This document shows, one piece after another, positions 10,225-20,685 of a stretch of 64,000 nt of DNA (position 1 is its first letter; each line of letters begins with the position of its first letter). Both the position numbers and the translations under genes were made by a program. This DNA is from Candidatus Hydrogenedentota bacterium. Lineage in GTDB: Bacteria; Hydrogenedentota; Hydrogenedentia; Hydrogenedentales; SLHB01. The stretch is taken from contig CAXXTH010000010.1 in the NCBI GenBank assembly GCA_963668025.2, positions 1,184,001 to 1,248,000 on the forward strand, read 5' to 3'. The notes beneath the pieces were generated by a model that ran no database searches, was not told the DNA's origin, and saw only the letters and a list, made by a program, of their open reading frames with translations.

Positions 10225-10241
10225 AGCAAGCGTTGTGCCAA
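10225..10241 (-). promoter_or_regulatory. Sigma-54 (-24/-12) promoter
   Basis: Minus strand reads TTGGCACAACGCTTGCT (TGGCAC-N5-TTGC), about 60 bp upstream of the MshEN gene start. Confidence 0.7.
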
Positions 10242-10425
10242 TGATAAAATGATGAAAAAGAGCCAAAAAACCTGCTTTTATGTATCTATTGCATCTAGGA
10301 CAGGGGAGATATAAAGAAAATAGTATTCAAATCTGAGCTACTCCAAAAAGCGGGTGTCTAGAGTTGTTCACGAATGAGTAAATATTTTCAGATGGGATTT
10401 GGGTTAGCGGCAAAAGCCAATCAAA

Positions 10426-11937
10426 TCACTCCGACTGGGCGCCGATGTGATACAACCATAATGAAGGTTCGCCGCCAAAGGGATGCAACTGGAAATGGAA
10501 TCCATTGTATTTCAAGAAAGCCTCGAATTCCGCGAGCTTATCCCATCGCCAGATTAACACCCATCCTTTTCCGGCGCTCAGGCTAGAGACGGCATCATGC
10601 AAAGACTGCTGGCCATCGGCCACTTGGATTCGGGTTGGGGAGATATCCGAGTTAAAGGCCAGGGCTTCCGCGTTATAGTCCTTCATAGCGACAATCGCCT
10701 CATCGCCTGCTCCATGTGCCATGATAAAGGAGGCCGCCGACCGGTAATCGGGCCGGAGAGGCGTCCGGAACTGGAGAAGCTGGAATGCGAACAGCGTAAT
10801 GGCGGCGACTGTGAACACGCGCTGGAGCGAGCGTGGCGGCAGGCTGGTTATGCCTTGGGCAGCGAGAAGATAGAGGGGCGCTGAACTGGGAAGCACATAC
10901 CGGTATACGAATAATGGGCGTATGGTCCAGGAGGCCGTGAAAAGAGCAAGCGGAGGAATAATCATCCAAAGAAAGGCAAGGAGTGCGCCCCGGCGAGTTG
11001 GCGTGTTCACGGACGTACGCGGCATCCGCCACATGGCATAAGCGGCGGAGGCGTACAACAGGAGCGCCAGAGGAATATCCAGCGACAGGCCGCCGGGCAT
11101 GTGTTCCGCCGGGCTCCAGTTGGTGCAGCGGCCTCCCGCTAGAACAATAAACGCATTCGCCAACTGGGTTAAGGGCGGCCTTGTGAACCAGAGGGCATTC
11201 TCGGGCACATCGGGCGTCCAGCGGCACGCCACCCACGCCGCCAGCAGGACAAGCAATAGGGCATGCCCTCCGAACCAAATAGCCATCGGACGGCGGCGGC
11301 GGTATTCGAGCAGCAGCGCCAGTCCTTGCACCGGCAAGAAGAAAACCGCAAACAGGTGGGTCCATAATAGAAGGGCATTGACGCCAAAGCATATGAGCCA
11401 GGAACGGATTCGGTCGTTGTCGAGGGCGTGCAAGAAGGCGAGCATCGAAGCGGCGCATAACGCCATCATCAGCGCATACATCCGCACTTCCACGGCATAA
11501 TACGCTGCTTGAGGCGACATCGCCAAGAACAAGGCGGCTAAGAGACCCGTTCGCGCATTCGCCAACCGGCGTCCGAGGGCATAAATGAGGGGAATTAACG
11601 CCAGGCCGCAGATATACGAAAATAGGCGTGCATGAAACACGGAATACCCGGTGAGCCGCAGCCAGGAGTAGGCCAATTCAAAATACAAGGGGATTAGTGT
11701 AGCGGGCGGATCGAATTGGGCATGCAGGGCATGGAATTCGGCATAGCTGGGGGCGTCCATGCCATGCAAGGTGTATATTTCATCGTAATAAGCCGAATCA
11801 TTCAGGCCAGGTGTCCGAATGGCCGCCGCGAACAGCAAAATCAGCGCCAGCCATGCGCCTGGGCGTACTCGAAAACAACGAAGGCGTTCCTGTAGAGGGG
11901 TGATTAATGAACCGGATGTAGGAGCCATGTTGATCAT
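10426..11937 (-). CDS. GT-C fold membrane glycosyltransferase (GT39/PMT-like)
   Basis: Many transmembrane segments; YYDE and EVRMYAL motifs. Confidence 0.8.
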   Translation of the reverse strand: MINMAPTSGSLITPLQERLRCFRVRPGAWLALILLFAAAIRTPGLNDSAYYDEIYTLHGMDAPSYAEFHALHAQFDPPATLIPLYFELAYSWLRLTGYSVFHARLFSYICGLALIPLIYALGRRLANARTGLLAALFLAMSPQAAYYAVEVRMYALMMALCAASMLAFLHALDNDRIRSWLICFGVNALLLWTHLFAVFFLPVQGLALLLEYRRRRPMAIWFGGHALLLVLLAAWVACRWTPDVPENALWFTRPPLTQLANAFIVLAGGRCTNWSPAEHMPGGLSLDIPLALLLYASAAYAMWRMPRTSVNTPTRRGALLAFLWMIIPPLALFTASWTIRPLFVYRYVLPSSAPLYLLAAQGITSLPPRSLQRVFTVAAITLFAFQLLQFRTPLRPDYRSAASFIMAHGAGDEAIVAMKDYNAEALAFNSDISPTRIQVADGQQSLHDAVSSLSAGKGWVLIWRWDKLAEFEAFLKYNGFHFQLHPFGGEPSLWLYHIGAQSE

Positions 11938-13565
11938 TTTTGTTCCACGGCTTGAAATGGCCGGATGTTTGGATTCTTCATCTCATACAGGAAGAGCGAG
12001 GCTTTAGTGGTGTGCAATTTGTCTATTTGTTTGCCTTTTGTGCTTAATAATTGTTCAAGATAGCTCATTTCACCTCCACTGAGATGCGCATCCACTTCTT
12101 GCAATAGCACCCAAACACGTGGCTTACCCTCTAGTCGCTCAATATCTTTGGCGTAGTGGCTCCAATCCGCGCGGGAGGTTATCCCCGCCGTATATGCATC
12201 AAGCGGTATTCCATATCGCCTGGCGTAGTATCGAAATGGGTAATGGGCCCAATACTGGACATACAGCCAATCGCCTGGCTGGAACTGGCGCGCCAGGTAG
12301 CGCATCTCGGGCCGGATGCCTATATCGCGCGCCGTGGGCGTAAATGCGCCAGGAAGGTGAAGGAGAGGGGGAAACAATAATAGGGCCACAAGAATCCATA
12401 TCGCCGCGTATGCGAACGCCCCCTTTCTGGCGAGGGAGGCCGACATGCTGTTTGTGTACGCAAGCGTCAATTCCACCCCGGCTCCAATGAACACAAACAG
12501 CATCGGAGCAACAAATAGGAGAAAGCGGCTGGTAAAGGGATAGCTCCCAAAGGCGCTGGCGGCGAGGGCCGCACCCCAGGGCAATAACGCGGCAGTGGCA
12601 AATACGGGTGCGCGTTTCACCAGCGCCCATGCCCCTGCTACAAAAAATACTGCGGTAATAGGAGTGGCGATTCGTCCCACATGCTCTTCAAACATCCCTG
12701 CAAATGCATGGACAAACCAGCGCAGGTCTGTTATCGAACGGGGCGGAAAAGGCATATAGGCGTGCGTCCACCATGCATGCAGGGCGGGATCAGAGCCCGC
12801 TTGGCTCAAGGAGATGATGTAATAGAAACCAAAACTTAATCCCCAAATGCTGCCAAGCGCCGCCAGGCGTATCATGCGGGCGGTGTCGCGGCTGGCCAGC
12901 GCCGCGCCCGCCAGGGCTGTTCCAATGCCAAAAAGGATAAATATGGATGGCAGCGAAAACCAAGGAGCGGCGGCTCCCGCGCATGCGGCGCTTAGCCAGT
13001 GTATGCGCTTCCACGATGATATGGGCGTTTGAATGGCCAGCACATACAGCCCCAGCGCGATGGCTGCATCAGAGGCATACGGTTTAAGCTCCGAAGCGAA
13101 ATAGATGAAGGCGGGTGATATGGCGAATAGAGTGAGTGCGATGGCCATGCCGGTAATGGAAAGGAACCGGCGCGCTACGAGGTATACAAGCACGGGAGAT
13201 GCGCATGAAGCGAGAACAGATAGAAGGCGCAAGGCGTATTCGCTGATGCCGAAAACGTACATAGCCAGCCGAGTAAGCAGGAGAAAGCCCCAGGGAGCGG
13301 CTTGTTGGTGGTAGAGCGGGCCGAGCAGGTCCAAAAGGGAGAGGTCGAAGAGGTTATCCAGGAGCAGCGCTTCATCCAGCCAAATCGCCGGATTGCTCCC
13401 ATATCGCACCAGACGCAATACAATGGCCAGCAGAATCAGTGCGGCGCATATGATGGATAAACGGCATGGAGGCACGTTTGCGTTCGCGCACAAACATGCC
13501 TGTGTGAAGTGCTGTTTCTTATTAGGAGCTCCCACAAGCAGTCCGGCCCTTTCGTTACACGACAT
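11934..13565 (-). CDS. GT-C fold membrane glycosyltransferase (GT39/PMT-like)
   Basis: WLDE, ELKPY and YPFTSRF motifs, many transmembrane segments; start approximate because the longer ORF overlaps the glutaredoxin gene. Confidence 0.75.
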   Translation of the reverse strand: MSCNERAGLLVGAPNKKQHFTQACLCANANVPPCRLSIICAALILLAIVLRLVRYGSNPAIWLDEALLLDNLFDLSLLDLLGPLYHQQAAPWGFLLLTRLAMYVFGISEYALRLLSVLASCASPVLVYLVARRFLSITGMAIALTLFAISPAFIYFASELKPYASDAAIALGLYVLAIQTPISSWKRIHWLSAACAGAAAPWFSLPSIFILFGIGTALAGAALASRDTARMIRLAALGSIWGLSFGFYYIISLSQAGSDPALHAWWTHAYMPFPPRSITDLRWFVHAFAGMFEEHVGRIATPITAVFFVAGAWALVKRAPVFATAALLPWGAALAASAFGSYPFTSRFLLFVAPMLFVFIGAGVELTLAYTNSMSASLARKGAFAYAAIWILVALLLFPPLLHLPGAFTPTARDIGIRPEMRYLARQFQPGDWLYVQYWAHYPFRYYARRYGIPLDAYTAGITSRADWSHYAKDIERLEGKPRVWVLLQEVDAHLSGGEMSYLEQLLSTKGKQIDKLHTTKASLFLYEMKNPNIRPFQAVEQK

Positions 13566-13662
13566 ACCCCTCTTTTGTCTGCTACTATAAGTCGGGCGGC
13601 ATGCCCATTCAACGGCGCGATATGTTGCCGAAACGCATGGAGTTATTACAGGAGGCCTAGTC

Positions 13663-13917
13663 TTGAGTAGATCGATCATCTTATACTCGGCGAAACTGTG
13701 CGGCGATTGCCAGCAATTGAAGATGTTCATGGACGCCCATGGCATTGCATATGATAACCGTGACATCCGGGAGAATCCCGCTTACGGCGAAGAACTGGAA
13801 CAAAAAACAGGCAAACTCGGCGTGCCCTATCTTGTCATTGACGGTGAGTGGATTCGCGGCTACCAGCCGCGCCAGCCCTTCTCCGAGGAGTTCGCTAGAA
13901 GCCTTTTCGGGTTATAA
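13663..13917 (+). CDS. Glutaredoxin/NrdH-like protein
   Basis: CGDC active site and GVPYLVIDG; GGAGG RBS before a TTG start. Confidence 0.85.
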   Translation: MSRSIILYSAKLCGDCQQLKMFMDAHGIAYDNRDIRENPAYGEELEQKTGKLGVPYLVIDGEWIRGYQPRQPFSEEFARSLFGL

Positions 13918-13972
13918 AGGGCATGCGTTTTTCCTGTGCGGCATGGATGCAGCCATATGCATGGATTTGGGA

Positions 13973-14001
13973 AACGCGAATGGACGCACATGAACGCGAA
14001 T
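13973..14001 (+). repeat. Triple-unit repeat arm (CGCGAAT units, 10-nt period)
   Basis: AACGCGAATGGACGCACATGAACGCGAAT; reverse-complement relative at 45104-45132. Confidence 0.5.
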
Positions 14002-14198
14002 ATATGCTTAATCTAACGCATGAGTATTTTGAGAGATGCATGGAAAAAGTTTTTTGGAATCTCGGTCGCATATAAAATTTACCTTATTTTCTATTCCTAT
14101 ATTGAACATATTACTTTACGTTGGAGTTATGGGAAGGACGTCATTAGTCCTGTTCCATCAACGCGTATCTAGACGGATATGTAACGAAAGGCGCTAAG

Positions 14199-14837
14199 AT
14201 GCAAAAGGCTGTATTTTCTAGATGCCGTTTATGTTTGCATGTTATCTATGGCTTGCTTTTTTCCATGTTTATACCTTCTTTAACTTCCTGTATTATGTTT
14301 GAACATATTCATGCTATATCTAGTCTAAGAACAAAAGAGGCGTTTCTGAATGAAAAATCTCTTACATCCGGATATTATGTTTCACCTAATGGTATATATA
14401 TTGAAACTATATCAGGGAGTAATATTGAAATCTCTCTAATACAAGCTTGGATTAATGGAGCGACATCAATGGAAATGACGATAAAGAGCACAGGAGAAAG
14501 GAAGCTTAATATTCATCCATTTGAGTGTACTTTGACTCCTCTACATAATATTGCGGATACACCAAGAGTACTATGTAATCCAGGACTAGAAAATACATCA
14601 TATTTTGCTTCAGACTATTATCTTTTCGAGAATGGAACGTCTAAGAAAAACGCTAACGATGAAAATGTAATACTAGTTAATCCTGGAAGCACAACGGACT
14701 TTAAACTGGTTTTTCCTGTTGATTGGTATTCATCAGCTAAAGTGATAATACCTATATATTGTGATGATCAGCTCAATCAAGATATATTGAAATTGGAATT
14801 ATTGATACAAGGTCTAGGAAAACCGTTAACATGGTAA
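14199..14837 (+). CDS. AT-rich hypothetical protein (possible lipoprotein)
   Basis: 212-aa ORF in a visibly AT-rich patch; hydrophobic N-terminus ending in LTSC. Confidence 0.55.
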   Translation: MQKAVFSRCRLCLHVIYGLLFSMFIPSLTSCIMFEHIHAISSLRTKEAFLNEKSLTSGYYVSPNGIYIETISGSNIEISLIQAWINGATSMEMTIKSTGERKLNIHPFECTLTPLHNIADTPRVLCNPGLENTSYFASDYYLFENGTSKKNANDENVILVNPGSTTDFKLVFPVDWYSSAKVIIPIYCDDQLNQDILKLELLIQGLGKPLTW

Positions 14838-15023
14838 AACTCCCAAGTTATAAAATCTGATAAAATCTTGTTCCGTATATAAGCTCGATGGGAACCATTA
14901 ACCACAAGGGCGGCGTTACGGTGAAGGACGGTTCACGTATGCTCTTGGTATTTTACCACGATCCGGCCACAAGATGCTCAAGAGACACAAAATGTGATCA
15001 AATCACAAGAAAAGATATGCACT

Positions 15024-15050
15024 TCCCGTGGCATGGCCGTCCCGGCCATG
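15024..15050 (+). repeat. GTGG/GTAG-tagged REP-like palindrome
   Basis: TCCCGTGGCATGGCCGTCCCGGCCATG; second copy inverted at 45051-45077. Confidence 0.65.
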
Positions 15051-15093
15051 CGGTATCAGAATGTGATGCATGAAACAAGATAGGTTTGTGTAA

Positions 15094-15918
15094 ATGGTTG
15101 TAGATGAATTCGCGCCCCGGGTGTTCCGGGCGTTTACCACGGGGCGTTTTCGCCTGGTATTGATGGATTTTGATGGCACCATCAGCCTGCTGCGTTCCGG
15201 CTGGGATGATGTAATGCGAGAGGTGATGCTCGAGAGTATCACGGGCGGTGTTAACGCTGAGCCTGGCGTTCAAGCGGAAGTGGACCAGTACATCGAGCAA
15301 TCCGCGGGATTAAGCGCGCTGCACCAAATGCAGCATCTCGCGGCGATGGTGCGCCGCCATGGCCGAGTGGCTTCGGTAAAAATGCTGGATGGCCACGGAT
15401 ATAAAGCCATTTTCAACACGCGCCTGCTGGCGCGGGTGGGGGCGCGCATCCGTAAAATGGAATCGGGCGAGGCGGTGGCCGAGGACATGACTGTCCATGG
15501 CGTTATTCCGTTTATCCGGTTGCTGCACGCGCGCGGCATGCGCTTGTCCATCCTCAGTGGCACGGATGAGGACGCCGTGCGCCATGAGGCCGGATTGCTG
15601 GGAATTGTGGACTACTTCGAGAATGTTTGGGGCGGAGCGCCTCACAAGCCCCACTACACCAAGGCGGGCATCCTCGATGAAGTACTGGCGGAATGCGGCG
15701 GGCGGCGGGAAGAAGTGTTGGTGATAGGCGATGGGGCCATCGAGATCCGGGAGGCCCACGCCCGTGGATGCGCCGCTATAGGCGTGGCGGCCAATGACCA
15801 TACTGGGCGTGGCTGGGATGAATCGAAATGTGAACTGCTTCGCGCGGCTGGCGCGGACTGGCTTATTCCCGATTATCGGTCGACCGAACAGCTTGTGGAA
15901 CAGCTTTTTAAAACGTAG
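15094..15918 (+). CDS. HAD-superfamily hydrolase
   Basis: DFDGT motif I, LSGT motif II, K motif III, IGDG motif IV. Confidence 0.88.
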   Translation: MVVDEFAPRVFRAFTTGRFRLVLMDFDGTISLLRSGWDDVMREVMLESITGGVNAEPGVQAEVDQYIEQSAGLSALHQMQHLAAMVRRHGRVASVKMLDGHGYKAIFNTRLLARVGARIRKMESGEAVAEDMTVHGVIPFIRLLHARGMRLSILSGTDEDAVRHEAGLLGIVDYFENVWGGAPHKPHYTKAGILDEVLAECGGRREEVLVIGDGAIEIREAHARGCAAIGVAANDHTGRGWDESKCELLRAAGADWLIPDYRSTEQLVEQLFKT

Positions 15919-15942
15919 GGGCGCGTTGCAGCGCACCCCTAC
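15915..15942. repeat. GTAG-type REP-like palindrome between convergent genes
   Basis: GTAGGGGCGCGTTGCAGCGCACCCCTAC; a weaker relative lies near 45016-45037. Confidence 0.6.
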
Positions 15943-15951
15943 ATCCAGGCA

Positions 15952-18900
15952 TCAAAACACGACTTTAAATGTCCGCAATTCGTATGGTTTGACGTAAAAC
16001 AAAAGCGTAGCCCCGTTCAAATCCACGGGCCTATCGTTCTCTTCCATGAGGTCGCACTCGGTGATTTTCTTAGGCTCCCGTGCGAAAGTCACGCAGACCT
16101 CACCGCGCTGTCCATGGGCCTCATACAGCCGTACAATAACGCCCTTCGAGTCTTCACACCGTTTCACGGTATCCAATACCACATGGTCCGACAGCACATC
16201 GGCGAAACTGTCCGAACTGGGAAGCTTGCCTTCGACGCCCGGTGCGGCCATGGCGATGAGCGGAGCATTGAGTTCGAGCGCTTCCGCAACCGTGCCGTTG
16301 CGCCATCCCCACGGATGCGGGAAAAGCGAATAGGTGAAGTGGTGCATGCCTTCGTCGGCATGCGGATCGGGATCCACCGGCGAACGCAGCAGCGAGAGCC
16401 GCATGACGTTGTCTTTCACATCGTAGCCGTATTTGCAGTCGTTGAGCAGGCTCACGCCGTAATCGCCCTCGGACAGATCGGCCCAACGCTGGGCGGGCAC
16501 TTCGAATTGGGCGAAATCCGAATCCCGGTTGCGGTGGGTGGGACGCTCGACGGTTCCGAACTGCACTTCATAGGTCGCGCGGGTGGAACGCAGATCGAGC
16601 GGGAAAGCCGCTTTAAGCAGTGTGCGTTTTTCGCGCCAATCGACAGTCGTGACGAAGTCCATGCGCTCGGAGGAGGCGCACAGGGTGATATCCTGCGTGA
16701 TGGCGCTTTTGCCGGTTTGGAAGGCCATGCGCACGATGCCGCGCACGGGGCCGGATTCGATAACCTCGATACTCTTGGCGGGCCCGGCGGTCCACATGTG
16801 TTCGGCGATGTTGAAATCGACATCCCAAGCATCCCAGTCACAAGGCCGGTCTTCGAAAAGCTGGAGCACGTTTCCTTTTTCGCCTTTGGGGAGCAATTCC
16901 CGTTCGGCGGCTTTATCGTATACGCTCGTGAGCTGGCCGCCCTTGTCGAACCGGATGCGCAGAAACTCGTTCTCCATGCCCTTCTCACTCACTTTGAGCA
17001 TGGCGGGCATGCGCTGTTTCGAGCCGCCGGGAACGACATGGTAGACGGCGTAGCCCAAGGGCGGGATCTCTTCGGTTTCTAGGAGCAGCGTGCGTTCATC
17101 CACGCGCTGCCAGGCCACCGGATCGCCCAAGGCGTCCACGACCATGAACTCGCCCTCTGGAAGGTCCATCTCGACCAGCGCCCGGTCTTGCCGGGGCCAC
17201 GAGAGGGTGTTGAACACCAGGATGGCCGCGCCTTCGCCGGAACTGTCGATGCAGCTTGCCAGATGCTCCAGAGCCCGCGTGCGGAGCGCCGCACTTTTTT
17301 CCAGCACTTCCGCGTGTTCTTTTTCCGTGCGCCGATAGACCTCCGTTATGGACGTGCCGGGCAGGATATCGTGGAATTGATTGGTCAGAAGGATTTTCCA
17401 AAGCTGGTATAATTCATCTTGTGGATACGCCAGCCCATGCAGCATGGCCATCGTGCTGAGCAATTCCGTGTCACGCAGCATGAGCTCGCATTTGCGGTTG
17501 CCGCGCTTGGTGCGGGACTGGGTGGTTTGGCAGCCGCGATGCAGCTCGAAATAGAGTTCGCCGTTCCAGACGGGCAATTGCTCCGGCGGGCACTCCTTCA
17601 CCATGTCGTCGATGCAGCCCGCCACGGTGCCGAATTCACATTTGGGTACGCCCACGATGTTCGAGAGGCGTTTGCCGGCCTCGATGAATTCCGGCGTTGG
17701 GCCGCCGCCGCCATCGCCCCAGCCATAGGGGAAGATAAATGTGTCCGCCTTCTCTTTCTGGGTGTGCTGGTTCCACTGCTCGATAAGGCTGCGCGGCACG
17801 ATCATACCGTTATAGTCCCATGGCCGCACAGCGACCACGCGGGAGCCGTCCGTGCCTTCCCACTGGAAGAAGGTGTAGGGGAACTTGGTAAAATAGTTCC
17901 AATGGAGCTTGGAGGTGACGAAATAATCGACCTGGGCTTTTTTAAGGATCTGCGGAAGACCGTAGCAGTAGCCGAACGTGTCGGGAAGCCACGCCACGCG
18001 CGAATGGATGCCGAACTCTTTGCGGAAGAAGCGGTTGCCATACACCGCCTGGCGCACGAGAGATTCGCCCGAGGGGACGTTTAAGTCGGGTTCGACCCAG
18101 AAACAGCCATTCGGCTCCCAGCGGCCTTCTTTTACGCGCTGCTTGATCTGGGCGTACATATCGGGGAATTGTGTTTTCACCCAGTCATATTGCACCGCCT
18201 GGCTGCACGAGAAGTGGTATTCCGGGTAGCGTTCCATGTTGCGGAGCACGGTGCCGAAGGTGCGGGTGATTTTACGCTGGGTCTCGCGGATGGGCCACAG
18301 CCACGCCGAATCGATGTGGGAGTGCCCGATGAGCACCAGGCGGCCCATGCCGTAGCTATGTTCGAAGTCACGCAGGCCTTGGCGCAACGCCCGCTGGGCC
18401 TTGCGGAGCGAATCGTAATAGGCCGGTTCGCCTATGCTGCCCAAGTTCACCATCTTGATGCAGCGGTCGAGGAGATTGAAGAGCCGCTGGCGCGGGGTGT
18501 AATTTGCCGGCAATTCCCTGTATACATCACCCGCCACGTGCGCGTCCCAGTAGAAATCCCATGGTTCGCTGTGCATTACGGCGATGTCGGCATATTCAAA
18601 TTCGCGGTGTAAATCGAATTGCGTGCTCGGGACGGATTCGAGGATGATCTCGAATGTTTCATTGCCCTTGGCTTTTTCCGTTAACAAGACAAAGTCGCGG
18701 TTGTCATCGAGCCCCTGCCAGCGCTTGCCGTTCAGAAACACGCACGATTCGCCCCGGGGGCGAATGAGCGCCACGACCCGGCAGCCTTTCATTTCGCTGG
18801 GGATGGCCACCCGCATGCGAAACCATGTGGTCTGGTCGAAACCGCCCCAGCGCGAGGGAACCGCAAATGGCTTCCACCCTTGCGCCGGAGGCTCTTCCGG

Positions 18901-19038
18901 CCCGCGATCCCGTCCAGTCACGCAAGCCTCAATGCCGTCGATGGGCTGGCGCTGTGTGTATACGCTCGCCTGGATTTCCATAAGACGATTAAGGAGTTGT
19001 TTGGCGATGACACTTCGTTCTGCTTCAAAATTAGGCAT
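15952..19038 (-). CDS. Alpha-mannosidase (GH38)
   Basis: GHSHIDSAWLWP, WLPDTFGY, GELYFELHRG, NQFHDILPG, LLNDCKYGY; start placed at MPNFE. Confidence 0.92.
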   Translation of the reverse strand: MPNFEAERSVIAKQLLNRLMEIQASVYTQRQPIDGIEACVTGRDRGPEEPPAQGWKPFAVPSRWGGFDQTTWFRMRVAIPSEMKGCRVVALIRPRGESCVFLNGKRWQGLDDNRDFVLLTEKAKGNETFEIILESVPSTQFDLHREFEYADIAVMHSEPWDFYWDAHVAGDVYRELPANYTPRQRLFNLLDRCIKMVNLGSIGEPAYYDSLRKAQRALRQGLRDFEHSYGMGRLVLIGHSHIDSAWLWPIRETQRKITRTFGTVLRNMERYPEYHFSCSQAVQYDWVKTQFPDMYAQIKQRVKEGRWEPNGCFWVEPDLNVPSGESLVRQAVYGNRFFRKEFGIHSRVAWLPDTFGYCYGLPQILKKAQVDYFVTSKLHWNYFTKFPYTFFQWEGTDGSRVVAVRPWDYNGMIVPRSLIEQWNQHTQKEKADTFIFPYGWGDGGGGPTPEFIEAGKRLSNIVGVPKCEFGTVAGCIDDMVKECPPEQLPVWNGELYFELHRGCQTTQSRTKRGNRKCELMLRDTELLSTMAMLHGLAYPQDELYQLWKILLTNQFHDILPGTSITEVYRRTEKEHAEVLEKSAALRTRALEHLASCIDSSGEGAAILVFNTLSWPRQDRALVEMDLPEGEFMVVDALGDPVAWQRVDERTLLLETEEIPPLGYAVYHVVPGGSKQRMPAMLKVSEKGMENEFLRIRFDKGGQLTSVYDKAAERELLPKGEKGNVLQLFEDRPCDWDAWDVDFNIAEHMWTAGPAKSIEVIESGPVRGIVRMAFQTGKSAITQDITLCASSERMDFVTTVDWREKRTLLKAAFPLDLRSTRATYEVQFGTVERPTHRNRDSDFAQFEVPAQRWADLSEGDYGVSLLNDCKYGYDVKDNVMRLSLLRSPVDPDPHADEGMHHFTYSLFPHPWGWRNGTVAEALELNAPLIAMAAPGVEGKLPSSDSFADVLSDHVVLDTVKRCEDSKGVIVRLYEAHGQRGEVCVTFAREPKKITECDLMEENDRPVDLNGATLLFYVKPYELRTFKVVF

Positions 19039-19273
19039 GGCTAATCTTTCTGGTTTTCCTGGCGGCCAGACCAGAGGGGTTATAGGGAATACCGCGCTAC
19101 TCATCACTCCAGCGCCACGACTGCAAATTATACCTGTTTCCACGATTCTGTCCAAATGAATATTCAGCCATGAATGATATATTGTGTGTTAAGCATCGGG
19201 CAGAGGACGGAACCGGCCGATCTGACTGATCCGACTGATATGGCCATATACTTGCCACAGAGAGGAGCAAACC

Positions 19274-20365
19274 ATGCCGCATTTTAGCGACAAACAATGG
19301 TACGCAATTAAAGACGCCTACCGGAAGTGGTGGAAGAATGAACTGGGCCGGCCGATATTGCCCCTGTTCTTCATGGGCAAAGATCCTCAACGGATTAAGC
19401 CCGCGCACGAGTCCATCTGTTTCGCCAATGCGGGAGATTTCAGCATCACGCCCGAGCAGATCATCGACCGGTTCGATTACGACTTGTCGTGCATCGAGTA
19501 TGCGGGCGACGCTTTCCCCCAGGTGCATATGGAATGCTACGGCGCGGGAGTCGCCGCCGCCTTTCTCGGCAGTAAAGTGGCCTGTACGCCCGAGACCGTC
19601 TGGTTCAGTGTGGATAAACCTCTCCCCGTTGAAGAACTGCATTTCGCCTTCGACCCCGAGAATATCTGGTTTCGCCGGATCACCGATGTCTACCGGGCAG
19701 GCATGAAAAAGTGGGGGAGCAGTGTCATCATGGGGATGGCCGACCTCGGGGGTATCCTCGATATCCTGGCTACTTTCCGAAGCGCCGAGGGGCTCCTCGA
19801 AGACCTGTATCTGCACCCGGAAGAAGTTTCCCGCTGTGTGCGTGAGCTGGCCGGGATATGGTTTTTCTTCTACGACAGCATCAACGAGATCATCCGGCCC
19901 TACGCCCCGGGATACACCTGCTGGGCGGGCATGTTTGATGAAGAGCCGAATTACATGCTGCAGAGCGATTTCTGCTACATGATCAGCCCCGGCATGTTCG
20001 ACACGTTCGTCGCGCCTGAACTGGCCGATAGCGCCAGCCGCATCTCGAACGCCTTCTATCATCTGGACGGCGTCGGCGAAATCATCCATCTGGACTCGCT
20101 GCTGCGCATCGAGAGCATCAAAGGCGTCCAATGGGTGCCAGGCGACGGTAATGCGTACACCGCCGACTGGACTGAACTATACGGGAAAATCGCCCAAGCA
20201 GGCAAAAAAGTGATGGCCCTCCCCTTCGAGGGCGAACGGTTCTTCGAGCATGTGCTGAAGGCCATTCCATCACCCGATTGCATGATACGCATGAACACGT
20301 GCTATCCCCTGGAACAAAAGGAAGCCGTCTTGAACAAGATGGCGGGGTATGGGTTCACGTTATGA
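19274..20365 (+). CDS. Uroporphyrinogen decarboxylase-like / cobalamin-methyltransferase-like TIM-barrel protein
   Basis: LQSDFCYMISPGMF...FYHLDG...VQWVPG pattern; GAGGAG RBS. Confidence 0.65.
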   Translation: MPHFSDKQWYAIKDAYRKWWKNELGRPILPLFFMGKDPQRIKPAHESICFANAGDFSITPEQIIDRFDYDLSCIEYAGDAFPQVHMECYGAGVAAAFLGSKVACTPETVWFSVDKPLPVEELHFAFDPENIWFRRITDVYRAGMKKWGSSVIMGMADLGGILDILATFRSAEGLLEDLYLHPEEVSRCVRELAGIWFFFYDSINEIIRPYAPGYTCWAGMFDEEPNYMLQSDFCYMISPGMFDTFVAPELADSASRISNAFYHLDGVGEIIHLDSLLRIESIKGVQWVPGDGNAYTADWTELYGKIAQAGKKVMALPFEGERFFEHVLKAIPSPDCMIRMNTCYPLEQKEAVLNKMAGYGFTL

Positions 20366-20685
20366 GGTAAGTCAATGCATGCAAACAACAGAAAACAAAA
20401 AGCGCGGCAGCATTCTACGCCTTTGGTCCTCGCCTTTGAGGCGGGATACGGACTAGTAAATACCACTATTTCACAAATGCCGCTGGAGATAATCATATTG
20501 TTGACCGTGCTGTTTAGCAACTTGACGCAGACCATATGAGAGCATTAATTTGATGTATGCAGTTTTGCAGCAGATTTCGAGCTGTTGCATAATGATTCTG
20601 TTTCTGAGTGATGATTGGGCTTGACGGGCGGTCCTTTTGAAATAATAAAAATACGATAATTTTGACATAGTTTACCTGATCATAA

